A program made the translations under genes and the position numbers. The notes under the pieces were generated by a model, which was given only the letters and a program-made list of their open reading frames with translations, made no database searches and was not told where the DNA came from. DNA of 64,000 nt from Macrostomum lignano (Eukaryota): NCBI GenBank assembly GCA_002269645.1, contig NIVC01000901.1, positions 76,173 to 140,172 of the forward strand. Reading direction: 5' to 3'. This document shows positions 1 through 13,644 of this stretch, in pieces (positions within the stretch are counted from its first letter, which is position 1; every line of letters starts with the position of its first letter).

Positions 1-490
<490 letters not shown>

Positions 491-849
491 AAATAAACAC
501 ATACATACACAGAGCTATCCCAGCGAGCTAATCAGATTTGGTGGCCACTCGATCAGCCCCTCTCCCTTTTCCCTCACTCTCAAAGCCGCAGCAAGCCCGG
601 AGCAGCTCCAGCCCCCAGCCCATACATCAAGCCCAGAGCATAATACTCAGGTTTGACGCACCGCAGTATGACTCACTTCGGCAGGCTGAGCTGCTTGGCA
701 ACACAGCCACTTCCTGGCGCAATTTATTTATTGTGCAAAGGGGGCTCTGGGGTAGCGGTATAGGTGAAGGAATGCGATCTGTGCCACCACTTCAAGCCCA
801 ACTTCACCCCGCACTTGTTGCAGCAATTTATAACTTGAGTGAGTAGCGA

Positions 850-1047
850 ATCTCACCCTTCCTCTCACAATCTCTCCTAGATCTCACCCTTCCTCTCACA
901 ATCTCTCCTAGATCTCACCCTTCCTCTCACAATCTCTCCTAGATCTCACCCTTCCTCTCACAATCTCTCCTAGATCTCACCCTTCCTCTCACAATCTCTC
1001 CTAGATCTCACCCTTCCTCTCACAATCTCTCCTAGATCTCACCCTTC
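850..1047. repeat. 31-bp tandem repeat (~6.5 copies)
   Basis: Unit TCTCACCCTTCCTCTCACAATCTCTCCTAGA repeated head to tail. Confidence 0.95.
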
Positions 1048-1266
1048 CTACCGCAGTCTCTTGTAGATCGTAAATAAAGATTTTTTCTAGCAAATAATGT
1101 CCATATATAATCAAAGCAAAGTGCACAATCTTACCGGTAATATTGTCTGTCCTTTGCGAGAAATTCGATATCTTTATCAACTATAGAAAATTACTTTCTT
1201 TCATAAATATATTGAACTGGAGTCCTCTTTGAAGTTGTTACACAGCATGTGTGTAACCCTTCCGGC

Positions 1267-1299
<33 letters not shown>

Positions 1300-1330
1300 T
1301 AGTGTCTGCCTATCTGTCTGTCTGTCTGAG

Positions 1331-1410
<80 letters not shown>

Positions 1411-1414
1411 AGAG

Positions 1415-1483
<69 letters not shown>
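1267..1483. repeat. (TGTC)n microsatellite
   Basis: TGTC array with a few interruptions; explains the LSVC/QTDR ORFs. Confidence 0.95.
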
Positions 1484-1486
<3 letters not shown>

Positions 1487-2208
1487 AAGAGCTGTTCAAA
1501 GAGCTGCACAGAACTGCTTACTGGGCACGTGAACTCTTTATCTATATATAGCGCGACTTGGGTCCACTTTTACGATCTGTTGGGTGCCGGGAGTGATTCG
1601 GTCGAGCGTTCAATGCGACTGACTTTCTGGGCGACTTTTAGACACCCCTGCCGCTAATCCTACGCGTGCGCCGCGCTAACTGGTTGGTTCGGTTTCAACC
1701 AATCAGAATTCAGCTGCCAGTCGTGCGACTGGACTCAGCTTTAGTCCAGAAGCAGCGTGGGATTTTGCATATCTAGAAAGCGCACGACCCGCATGCGCTG
1801 CTACCCAGGGGCAGAAATTTCGGAGCAGTCGGAGACACGCAGTAGCTGAGTTGGGGGTTCGGGGAAGAGTGGCGAGCTTTGCTGAGATACAGGTGGGGGT
1901 GGGGGGAGGGGTCGAAAATAGATGAGTAAACAAATCGACAGGATTAAGAGCCGGGGGCAGCCCCCGGTAGGAAGATTATGGGCGCTCAAGAATTGTAGCG
2001 CCCACCCAGCCTACACCCGCATTAAGAAGATTGCTTGGAGGCGAAAAAGCGCGAGAGCAGCGGAGGTGGTAGAACCCGATGCTCTGTCAGATTCTTCTTC
2101 AACTTGCCCTGATCTACAGGTGAAAGAGAAAGCGTTACTCTTAACAATTACTGACAAATTGGGATGAATATCAGAGGAGCATAGCAATTGACTGCCAACT
2201 ATTTTGAG

Positions 2209-2889
2209 TTGGGTTTAGGATTGGGTTTAGGATTGGGTTTAGGATTGGGTTTAGGATTGGGTTTAGGATTGGGTTTAGGATTGGGTTTAGGATTGGGTTT
2301 AGGATTGGGTTTAGGATTGGGTTTAGGATTGGGTTTAGGATTGGGTTTAGGATTGGGTTTAGGATTGGGTTTAGGATTGGGTTTAGGATTGGGTTTAGGA
2401 TTGGGTTTAGGATTGGGTTTAGGATTGGGTTTAAGATTGGGTTTAGGATATGGTTTAGGATTGGGTTTGGGATTGGGTTTAGGATTGGGTTTAGGATTGG
2501 GTTTAGGATTGGATTTAGGATTGGGTTTAGGATTGGGTTTAGGATTGGGTTTAGGATTGGGTTTAGGATTGGGTTTAGGATTGGTTTAGGATTGGGTTTG
2601 GGATTTGGTTTAGGATTGGGTTTAGGATTTGGTTTAGGATTGGGTTTAGGATTGGGTTTAGGATTGGGTTTAGGATTGGGTTTAGGATTGGGTTTAGGAT
2701 TGGGTTTAGGATTGGGTTTAAGATTGGGTTTAGGATATGGTTTAGGATTGGTTTGGGATTGGGTTTAGGATTGGGTTTAGGATTTGGTTTAGGATTGGGT
2801 TTAGGATTGGGTTTAGGAATGGGTTTAGGATTGGGTTTAGGATTGGGTTTAAGATTGGGTTTAGGAATGGGTTTAGGATTTGGTTTAGG
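2209..2889. repeat. 12-bp telomere-like tandem repeat (GGGTTTAGGATT)n
   Basis: Alternating TTAGGA/TTGGGT hexamers, ~56 units. Confidence 0.93.
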
Positions 2890-2890
2890 A

Positions 2891-3189
2891 AGACAATAAG
2901 AGAGAGAGGTAGACAGTAAGAGAGGGATAGACAGTAAGAGAGAGAGATGGACAGTAAGAGAGAGAGGTAGACAGTAAGAGAGAGAGATAGACAGTAAGAG
3001 AGAGAGGTAGACAGTAAGAGAGAGAGGTAGACAGTAAGAGAGAAAGGTAGACAGTAAGAGAGAGAGGTAGACAGTAAGAGAGAGGTAGACAGTAAGAGAG
3101 AGGTAGACAGTAAGAGAGAGAGGTAGACAGTAAGAGAGAGGTAGACAGTAAGAGAGAGAGGTAGACAGTAAGAAAGAGAGGTAGACAGC
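2891..3189. repeat. 20-bp tandem repeat (GACAGTAAGAGAGAGAGGTA)n
   Basis: ~15 copies with variable GA run, directly abutting the 12-bp array. Confidence 0.93.
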
Positions 3190-3685
3190 AATTCGAGTGT
3201 AAAACACATTTGACTATGTTGACGACTCATTGATCTGTAAGTCAAAGCATGCGCAGGTTAGGGTCACAGGAAGTGTCGCAGAAACCCTCCTTGCGATACA
3301 TGACGCAAAAGCTGCAACCACCCTCTACCGCACCCCATTGTAAAAAATCTCTTTTAGTAGAATTAAGAATCAAGCGAACTTCCCATTGCGACAATATAAC
3401 TGTGGGCTGTGTGGTTGCCGCAAACGGTCAAAGTTGACAGGCATAAGCCGAGCACTATTGGAGTTTGCTTACAGGCAGTCAATAGTCAGGGTTATAAAGA
3501 CCGCGAAGAATGAAAGAGGTGCAGCGGTGTGTGTAGACCATTCCCAAGTGGAAACACCTGGCATGGCCCTTTAGTTCCCGTAGAACAGCGCTAAAATGTT
3601 TTGTTTTGCAAAAGGCAACGTTTTCTCTGTGAAATTTATGTGCAAGCAGAACAGAATAACAATCAACTCACTGACTTGTGCAGAA

Positions 3686-5198
3686 ATATAGACCAGGTTG
3701 CAAATCTGCTTCCGGTTGATTCTAAAATTGCAGTATAGATCAGGTTGCAAATCTGCTTCCGGTTGATTCTAAGATTGCAATTATAGATCAGGTTGCAAAT
3801 CTGCTTCCGGTTGATTCTAAGATTGCAATTATAGATCAGGTTGAAAATCTACTTCCAGTTGATTCTAAAATTGCAGTATAGATCAGGTTGCAAATCTAAT
3901 TCCGGTTGATTCTAAGATTGCAATTATAGATCAGGTTTCAAATCTACTTCCGGTTGATTCTAAGATTGCAATTATAGATCAGGTTTCAAATCTGCTTCCG
4001 GTTGATTCTAAGATTGCAATTATAGATCAGGTTGCAAATCTGCTTCCGGTTGATTCTAAGATTGCAATTATAGATCAGGTTGCAAATGTGCTTCCGGTTG
4101 ATTCTAAGATTGCAATTATAGATCAGGTTTCAAATCTGCTTCCGGTTGATTCTAAGATTGCAATTATAGATCAGGTTGCAAATCTGCTTCCGGTTGATTC
4201 TAAGATTGCAATTATAGATCAGGTTGCAAATCTGCTTCCGGTTGATTCTAAGATTGCAGTTATAGATCAGGTTGCAAATCTGCTTCCGGTTGATTCTAAG
4301 ATTGCAATTATAGATCAGGTTGCAAATCTGTTTCCGGTTGATTCTAAGATTGCAATTATAGATCAGGTTGCAAATCTGCTTCCGGTTGATTCTAAGATTG
4401 CAATTATAGATCAGGTTGCAAATCTGCTTCCGGTTGATTCTAAGATTGCAATCATAGATCAGGTTGCAAATCTGCTTCCGGTTGATTCTAAGATTGCAAT
4501 TATAGATCAGGTTGCAAATGTGCTTCCGGTTGATTCTAAGATTGCAATCATAGATCAGGTTGCAAATCTGCTTCCGGTTGATTCTAAGATTGCAATTATA
4601 GATCAGGTTGCAAATCTGCTTCCGGTTGATTCTAAGATTGCAATCATAGATCAGGTTGCAAATGTGCTTCCGGTTGATTCTAAGATTGCAATCATAGATC
4701 AGGTTGCAAATGTGCTTCCGGTTGATTCTAAGATTGCAATCATAGATCAGGTTGCAAATCTGCTTCCGGTTGATTCTAAGATTACAATTATAGATCAGGT
4801 TGCAAATCTGCTTCCGGTTGATTCTAAGATTGCAATTATAAATCAGTTTGCAAATCTGCTTCCGGTTGATTCTAAGATTGCAATTATAGATCAGGTTTCA
4901 AATCTACTTCCGGTTGATTCTAAGATTGCAATTATAGATCAGGTTTCAAATCTACTTCCGGTTGATTCTAAGATTGCAATTATAGATCAGGTTTCAAATC
5001 TACTTCCGGTTGATTCTAAGATTGCAATTATAGATCAGGTTGCAAATGTGCTTCTGGTTGATTCTAAGATTGCAATTATAGATCAGGTTTCAAATCTGCT
5101 TCCGGTTGATTCTAAGATTGCAATTATAGATCAGGTTTCAAATCTACTTCCGGTTGATTCTAAGATTGCAATCATAGATCAGGTTGCAAATCTGCTTA
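3686..5198. repeat. 48-bp minisatellite (~31 copies)
   Basis: Unit TATAGATCAGGTTGCAAATCTGCTTCCGGTTGATTCTAAGATTGCAAT; gives the LLPVDSKIAIIDQVAN ORF. Confidence 0.96.
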
Positions 5199-5974
5199 CT
5201 GCAAAAATTCCGCATAATTTGTGATTGAACCTAATACATAAACATAATTTCGTTCGCAGGGATGTCGTAAATGTTTAACAGTCTGTTTCCAGTTGGATTT
5301 GGCGGCAAGATCAAACGCGCGAATTAGGTTGACTAATTTATAGAAAGGGAACTAATAAGCTTACGCACCCTGATCTGCTAGATTGCACTCTCATTATACG
5401 ACCACGGCGACACGGAAGTAAACCAGGTGAGCATAAGGATATAATAACATTTATGTATTTATGTATAAAATTCATGCTGCTCTGCCAAGAGACTAAACTG
5501 ACGATAGTGTAGATACTGCAATGCAGGTTGAAGTGAGTTTATGGCGTGACCTTGACTGAACTCACCGGTGTTATGGTTTAGAATCTTCGGAGCTCAGGCT
5601 AGTTTTGGATCGCCAACCGGAGACTTTAAAGGGTTTAAGATCACTTTCGGAGACTACAAACGGCTATGGGTCTCCGAGATCCCGAGATCCTAAACCCGAT
5701 CTGTTGTCGCCTCGGAGATCTCCGTCACTAGTGCAAAAACCAAGTTTTAATTTTGTTTTATTAAGTTGAAAATTATTATCTTTTTATTGTGTATAGTTAA
5801 CTTCTCCTAACAATTTAACAATGTTCATTGAAGCATACATGTAAATGGTTGGTAAAAATCGCTAAAAACGTCAATAACTTTGTTCATTTGAATTGACATT
5901 TTCCACATGAGAAAATAAAGTTCTTCACTGTAGCTGGTACATTTCGCGGCCGTCATGCATCAGATCAGGGAAAA

Positions 5975-6265
5975 ATAACTCGATCGTACAGGGCCTCGGT
6001 CCCGACGCTCTCGTCAGGTCGAAAGGCCGCACGGAGCAACCCTGAGTCCAACTGCCGCTCCAGCACAGCCGTCAGCGTCCACGTCTCGGCGTTGTAGAGC
6101 AGGACGGTTTCGACCACCGCCTGCCACAGCCGAGCCCTCTGGCGGGGCAGCGCTTCGGACTGGAGGACGGCCCGGATCGAATGGAAGGCCGCCCAGTCAA
6201 GTCCTCTGCGCGACGCCGGAGGCCCTCCTCCATACGGGGCACCAGACCGCCGAGGTAGGTGAACC
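5975..6265 (-). mobile_element. RTE-like non-LTR retrotransposon fragment (post-RT region)
   Basis: QAVVETVLLYNAETWTLT resembles the RTE-clade LLYGxETWTL motif; a second copy lies at ~57.7-58.0 kb. Confidence 0.7.
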
Positions 6266-6769
6266 GTTGTCAATCCATAATTCCGCATACAGTTCCAATA
6301 AAAAACTGGAGATTCCCTCCAATTCCAAGTAAGAAAATCGCAAATTGACTTGACTGTCGCGTGCAAATCATTCGACTTGTGTACAGAGAGACGAAAAATG
6401 ATGCACAAGTCTGACCATGCAACCCTAAATTTAGCCCTACTTGATTGATGGCTGTATGAGCATACAAGGCATGGGAATGTACTATGTACTATTAGATAGA
6501 TAAGCTTTTAAGCTGCGCTAGAAGTAAGCTTCTAAGATAAAACACTCCGAAGAGTCTAGGATGCGGCGATCTCTAACCTTATCTTATTTCGTGGTTGCTG
6601 ATATCCGTGCAGGCGATCGTAAAATCCCGTAATTTTCCGTGTTGGATCTCCGGGCCGGAGATCTTGACTCCAGAGAACAGAAACCCTAACACAGAGATCT
6701 GTGCCCCCGCCCGCTCTCCTGGTGCAGAATCTCCGGGTGTCCAGACATGTCCAGACGGGGGGGCAGGTT

Positions 6770-7290
6770 CAAGCGGTTGAAAGGTGCGCGAGCGAGGGGC
6801 CAGGGTTCCCGGGAGCGACGGCAGAAACTTGTAAGCGCGGAGTGACGCCAGCTAGAACGCACAATGCGATGAGGCGTGGTTCCTAGGGCGGCCAGACTCG
6901 CCGGGTGGATGACCGGCTGGCGAAGGGCGCGCGCTCGAGGCTGGTGACGATCGGGCGGTTGCTGGTGGTGCGGTATAGGTAGAGAAGCCCACTTCCGCGT
7001 GCACGGAGGAGCATGCGATTGCGGCCTAGAACCCGGCGGGTGACCTCCGTCGTCACATGTCTGGAGAAAGACAGGACGCGGTCCAGACAGATTAGCGTTG
7101 AAGGGCATTCGGCAATTATCTATGACAACAGACGGTTGCAAGGCAGCTTCCTGACTCGCGATGGAGAAGAAGCCACTTCGATTGTTAGCAGCATCTTGCG
7201 GGAGTTTCTCTAGTCGGCGACCGCCGACACGGCGTTTTGAAGCTTGCGGGCAGCGTTGGCCTTGTCCGTGTGCTGTGCCAAGAGGGCAAC
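6770..7290 (-). mobile_element. Degenerate I-group (Ingi/Nimb-like) LINE RT C-terminal fragment
   Basis: Manual translation across stops and shifts: DEVALLAQHTDKANAARKLQNAVSAVAD ... LDRVLSFSRHVTTEVTRRVLGRNRMLLRA. This resembles the region after YADD in non-LTR RTs. Confidence 0.6.
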
Positions 7291-7734
7291 CTCGTCTCAA
7301 TTACTATATTCATGTTGTTGATGTCATTGATGTCGAGTAGGAAGAGGATCTGGGGCCAGGACGCGCACCCTGGCGCAGCTACTGTACACAGTCCGATTTT
7401 ACAATAAGTTTCACTTACTAAGATAGAATTCTAATAATTATACGAGCGTATTTAGTGGGCATCTCGTCAAATGACCCAATCTCTGGGGTTCATAGTGAAG
7501 TCGAGCATCGTTTCCACTTTTGAATGCCTTTCATCTGTTCTCATTTGCTTTAAAACGCATATCGTCTCTGATTTCGAACAAGTGCAAAGCTTCAATATTA
7601 GATTTGTTTTCTTTTAAAAAACTCGATATTAACCGATATTAAATTGGGAGTCCTTTATACTCTCCGATTATTAGGCGTGCACTGAACGTGGCTCTGGAAA
7701 CTCAAGCACTTCTTTGTAAGACATGACTGCCACT

Positions 7735-8245
7735 GCAAGCCTCCCAGATCCTCAGTTGCTGGGCCAGCCTCCCACATCCTCAGTTGCTGGGCCAGCCTCC
7801 CAGATCCTCAGTTGCTGGGCCAGCCTCCCACATCCTCAGTTGCTGGGCCAGCCTCCCAGATCCTCAGTTGCTGGTCAGCCGCCTCCCAGATCCTCAGCTG
7901 CTGGGTCAGCCTCCCAGATCCTCCTTTGCTGGGCCAGCCTCCTAGATCCTCAGTTGCTGGGTCAGCCGCCTCCCAGATCCTCATTTGCTGGGCCAGCCTC
8001 CCAGATTCTCAGTTTCTGGGCCAGCCTCCCAGATCCTCAGTTGCTGGGCCAGCCTCCCAAATCCTCAGTTGCTGCTCCAGCCTACCAGATCCTCAGTTGC
8101 TGGGCCAGCCTCCCAGATCTTCAGTTGCTGCTTCAGCCTACCAGATCCTCAGTTGCTGGGCCAGCCTCCCAAATCCTCAATTGCTGGGCCAGCCTCTCAG
8201 ATCCTCAATTGCTGGGCCAGCCTCAGCTCCTCAGTTGCTGGGCCA
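7735..8245 (+). repeat. 28-bp satellite array 1 (GCCTCCCAGATCCTCAGTTGCTGGGCCA)n
   Basis: ~17 degenerate copies; same unit as arrays 2 and 3 but opposite orientation. Confidence 0.95.
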
Positions 8246-9039
8246 CCAGATGCAGGTAAGCTGCATGCAAGGCCTAATAACCACAGCCAATTAAAAAGCG
8301 AATTGAACCCATTTGGCCTTTCTGCAGTAAGCTGGAAACTGAGGGGCCAACGCTGCAGCAGACAGACATGCAGTTTCCCTGCTGTCCTGTCTACTTTGCA
8401 TCGCATTCATCTCCAAGTTACATCAACGCGCGTTTGCAATCATCTTAGCGACTATTTCTGTCACGTAAGGCGGCGAGGCCACGGTGGCAGACAGCTGATC
8501 ATTTTCGCTAATTCGACCGGCTTAGCTCGATCTTTCAAGGAAACACCGACTGGATGTTTTTTATTTTTTGTTTCAGAACCTCTTCTTTTTTTAACAAACA
8601 GTTGCTTCAATTCATTATTTTTTATCTTGCAAGCTTAGTTTTCTGAATTGCGCATGCACTGCATTCTGTCTGCGCGACCTTGCAGAGACATTTTCCTTTC
8701 TTTTTAAATGTCGAATTTATTTTTTCCAGAAGCCGAAGAGACGCAAACGACCGGTAGATTGTCAAAACTAAATCTAAAATAAAAGTACACCATCAATACC
8801 ATGCTCTGGTTCACTATATGGCCACCGCAGTAATCGAGACAGATCGTGACTAAATCGTTGTTTTACGTGCATTATTCTGAGAACTGCTGAAAATGGCGCC
8901 AACTCTAACCCTTAGAAAATTAACTTCATTTTTATCGCTCCGTGCAGCCTTTGCAGTCATACAGCTGTGCACTGTACGAGAATCTGCTTTTGACACTATA
9001 TTCATTTACGTATATTCAAGGCGCCAAAACAAGACCTGA

Positions 9040-10110
9040 TGGCGAAAAATTGAGATCGAATGGCGCCAAAGACACGACGGCGACAAAGTAAAATCCAATT
9101 GAGCCAGACAAAATGGCGACAAAGTAAGATCCAATGGCGCTAAAGACACAATGGCGACAAAGATCTAATGGCGCCAAAGACACAATGGCGAAAAAGTAAG
9201 ATCCAATGGCGCCAAAGACACAATGGCGAAAAAGTAAGATCCAATGGCGCCAAAGACACAATGGCGACAAAGTAAGATCCAATGGCGCCAAAGACCCAAT
9301 GGCGACAAAGTAAGATCCAATGGTGCCAAAGACACAACGGCGACAAAGACACAATGGCGCCAAAGACACAATGGCGACAAAGTAAGACCCAATGGCGCCA
9401 AAGACACAACGGCGACAAAGTAAGATTCAATGGCGCCAAAGACCCAATGGCGACAAAGTAAGATCCAATGGCGCCAAAGACACAATGGCGACAAAGTAAG
9501 ACCCAATGGCGCCAAAGACACAATGGCGACAAAGTAAGATCCAATGGCGCCAAAGACACAATGGCGACAAAGTAAGACCCAATGGCGCCAAAGACACAAT
9601 GACGACAAAGTAAGATCCAATGGCGCCAAAGACACAATGGCGACAAAGTAAGATCCAATGGCGCCAAAGACACAATGACGACAAAGTAAGATCCAATGGC
9701 GCCAAAGACCCAATGGCGACAAAGTAAGATCCAATGGCGCCAAAGACACAACGACGACAAAGACACAATGGCGCCAAAGACACAATGGCGCCAAAGACAC
9801 AATGGCGACAAAGTAAGATCCAATGGCACCAAAGACCCAATGGCGACAAAGTAAGATCCAATGGCGCCAAAGACACAATGGCGACAAAGTAAGATCCAAT
9901 GGCGCCAAAGACACAATGGCGCCAAAGTAAGATCGAATGGCGCCAAAGACACAAAGGCGACAAAGTAAGATCCAATGGCGCCAAAGACACAATGGCGACA
10001 AAGTAAGATCCAATGGCGCCAAGGACCCAACGGCGACAAAGTAAGATCCAATGGCGCCAAAGACCCAATGGCGCCAAAGACACAATGACGACAAAGTAAG
10101 ATGCCAAAGA
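9040..10110. repeat. 38-bp bipartite minisatellite (CAATGGCGCCAAAGACAC+AATGGCGACAAAGTAAGATC)
   Basis: Alternating 18- and 20-bp related subunits, ~28 units. Confidence 0.95.
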
Positions 10111-10769
10111 CCCGATGGTGACAAACTAGGATGTCCATGCAGTACTTATAACATAAAAGTACACAATGTACCACACGCTGATGATGAGGTGATAACGTCG
10201 AAAATTCAAGCCAGAAGAGGTGGCGAAATTGTTCTAAAAAAGGTTAAAAGCCATCCCCAGGACCCGATTCAACTAGCAACCCATGCGACTGGAATCTCTT
10301 TGAGGAAAATCCAATTGGCCCAAGCAACTGGGCACGGCTCTACGCCTGATTGCAGCCCTGATGGGGGATTAGGAAGCATATATCCCATCGCTCCACTAGA
10401 ATCCAGATGGGAAAACCCGGGACCGACCCGATGAGCCGAGCTAGAAATCGCGCGGGGAGAAGCCGAGACAGAGGAAGATCGGGGATCAAAGCCTGGTAGT
10501 ATTAACTAATATATGATGGCAAATAGTTCACTGTATAATAATAAAATAATGCATATGAACTACGAGCGTATAACTAGCAATATTCAATCTTCCGGTTCTA
10601 TAGTCGAAAGTCTTTTATTATGGCGGCAAATACGGAACCCACACTGCACTTGACTGCACCCCGAATACTCGCTAGAATTGATGAAGAATAGATGCGTGCG
10701 AGTGAGACAGTAGAGATGCCAAAGAGAGGAAAAGGTCAAAGATGAGATTGAGGACCTAGTAGGGTGGCA

Positions 10770-12345
10770 TTGGCCCAGCAACTGAGGATCTGGGAGGCTG
10801 GCCCAGCAACTGAGGATCTGGGAGGCTGGCCCAGCAACTGAGGATCTGGGAGGCTGGCACAGCAATTGAGGATCTGGGAGGCTGGCACAGCAATTGAGGA
10901 TCTGGGAGGCTGGCACAGCAATTGAGGATCTGGGAGGCTGGCACAGCAATTGAGGATCTGGGAGGCTGGCACAGCAATTGAGGATCTGGGAGGCTGGCAC
11001 AGCAATTGAGGATCTGGGAGGCTGGCTTAGCAACTGAGAATCTGGGAGGCTGGCTTAGCAACTGAGGATCTGGGAGGCTGGCCCAGCAACTGAGGATCTG
11101 GGAGGCTGGCTTAGCAACTGAGGATCTGGGAGGCTGGCTTAGCAACTGAGGATCTGGGAGGCTGGCCCAGCAACTGAGGATCTGGGAGGCTGGCATAGCA
11201 ACTGAGGATCTGGGAGGCTGGCCCAGCAACTGAGGATCTGGGAGGCTGGCCCAGAAACTGAGGATCTGGGAGGCTGGCCCAGCAACTGAGGATCTGGGAG
11301 GCTGGCACAGCAATTGAGGATCTGGGAGGCTGGCACAGCAATTGAGGATCTGGGAGGCTGGCTTAGCAACTGAGGATCTGGGAGGCTGGCTTAGCAACTG
11401 AGGATCTGGGAGGCTGGCTTAGCAACTGAGGATCTGGGAGGCTGGCCCAGCAACTGAGGATCTGGGAGGCTGGCTTAGCAACTGAGGATCTGGGAGGCTG
11501 GCTTAGCAACTGACACTCTGGGAGGCTGGCCCAGCAACTGAGGATCTGGGAGGCTGGCCCAGCAACTGAGGATCTGGGAGGCTGGCCCAGCAACTGAGGA
11601 TCTGGGAGGCTGGCCCAGCAACTGAGGATCTGGGAGGCTGGCTTAGCAACTGAGGATCTGGGAGGCTGGCCCAGCAACTGAGGATCTGGGAGGCTGGCCC
11701 AGCAACTGAGGATCTGGGAGGCTGGCCCAGCAACTGAGGATCTGGGAGGCTGGCACAGCAATTGAGGATCTGGGAGGCTGGCACAGCAATTGAGGATCTG
11801 GGAGGCTGGCACAGCAATTGAGGATCTGGGAGGCTGGCACAGCAATTGAGGATCTGGGAGGCTGGCACAGCAATTGAGGATCTGGGAGGCTGGCACAGCA
11901 ATTGAGGATCTGGGAGGCTGGCCTGCAACTGAGAATCTGGGAGGCTGGCTTAGCAACTGAGGATCTGGGAGGCTGGCCCAGCAACTGAGGATCTGGGAGG
12001 CTGGCTTAGCAACTGAGGATCTGGGAGGCTGGCTTAGCAACTGACACTCTGGGAGGCTGGCCCAGCAACTGAGGATCTGGGAGGCTGGCCCAGCAACTGA
12101 GGATCTGGGAGGCTGGCCCAGCAACTGAGGATCTGGGAGGCTGGCCCAGAAACTGAGGATCTGGGAGGCTGGCCCAGCAACTGAGGATCTGGGAGGCTGG
12201 CACAGCAATTGAGGATCTGGGAGGCTGGCACAGCAATTGAGGATCTGGGAGGCTGGCACAGCAATTGAGGATCTGGGAGGCTGGCCTGCAACTGAGAATC
12301 TGGGAGGCTGGCCCAGCAACTGCATGAGGATCTGGGAGGATGGCA
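10770..12345 (-). repeat. 28-bp satellite array 2
   Basis: ~56 copies of the reverse complement of the array-1 unit. Confidence 0.97.
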
Positions 12346-13644
12346 CAGCAACTGGGGGTGTATACAGAGTGCTGATGGAGTTACGGAAATTATTCTGCAC
12401 TCTATGGAACACACAATCGCTCAGATAAAAGAAATCAGACCAGAAGATTAAAGGCAGCTTCACAAAAATCAATTACAGAATTTCATGTTTACAAAACACA
12501 CCTGCATTTTTATTCTAACAAAACCCGCTGGCCGAGCTGAACAAAGTCAGGCATAACTGTCCACTAAGAAAGAGTAGCAGACAATATTACGATTCATAGC
12601 AAACATAATAGAGTAAAATGTTACAATAAAAATGACACACAAAGTTATGAAAACATGCAGGTATTTAAAAAACTGCTACATATCGTGATTGATTTTATTA
12701 CAATAGAAAACTCATGCTTATTAAACAGTGCTTAAAGACATACAAGGCAAATGCAGCAGAATTATTAGAACAAGAAATTCCCCCCTCCCAGTCAATTGAA
12801 GCGCTCGAGTGTGCGCTTCAGGAAATTGAAGGCAATTTGTTGGAACTTTTACTCTTCCAGAATCCTTCCTTCTTCTTCATCATTATTAGCGGGAGTACCT
12901 GGATTTGCGCACAGACTGGGCTGCGCTGGCAATTACCGTGGAAAAAAATTTCCTCTGGTAAAAATCTCTTCTCAATCTTCTCCAAAAAAGCAGATCGGCT
13001 CGGCCTTGAAGCCAGTTCTCCAGTCTTTCAATCTAGACTAGAAAATTGCGACAAATTGCCAGAGACAGAGAAATTCGAGTGGCCAGCAGAAGCGACAAGA
13101 CAAGACTTGAAGCACTTTTGCATTTCTAAAGACGAGAGAGCACAAGATTTTCTACGCAGTTAAGCGCGAGAAGAGAAATTTAAACAACAAAGCAAATCAT
13201 ACTACTTGTAGCAGCAGAAATTGAATTTTATAATATTTTTCTGCAAGGGATTTTAAGACTAAGACGAGATGTTGTCAATCGAAAAAATCCTATTTTAGAG
13301 AACAAGCGTGCAGTGGACAGAAGTCAAGCCTAAGAGCGACTGGCGATTTCCTTCTTTCTCTGATCTTTACAACATCGAAAACCTACATGTATAGAATGCT
13401 TTTCTCAGGATGTGTTGCTCGATTTCAAGACATTGCATCGGCATGAACACTTGTCGGACTTACAGGACTAAACATTTCGTTCCTTTGCAGTCTTACCTAA
13501 AAAGCTAACTAGCAAAAATATTTTTTTTCTCTTACGAGTATACACTGTTAACTACTCTTAGTAGAACCACATAGAAATAAAGAGAGCGAATGAAGCAACA
13601 CAGGAAAACTGATGCGTGTCTTTTTAAAAAAAACAATAGTTGCA

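Noticed and set aside
12714-13163. 149-aa plus-strand ORF (MLIKQCLKTY...)
   Set aside because: No recognisable motif or supporting exon chain; a few ORFs of this length are expected by chance in 64 kb. Unresolved, not disproved.
13465-13505. tttttAG|GTAAG recursive-splice-like site or a 33-nt micro-exon on the minus strand
   Set aside because: I could not build a host gene, and flanking candidate exons hit stops.
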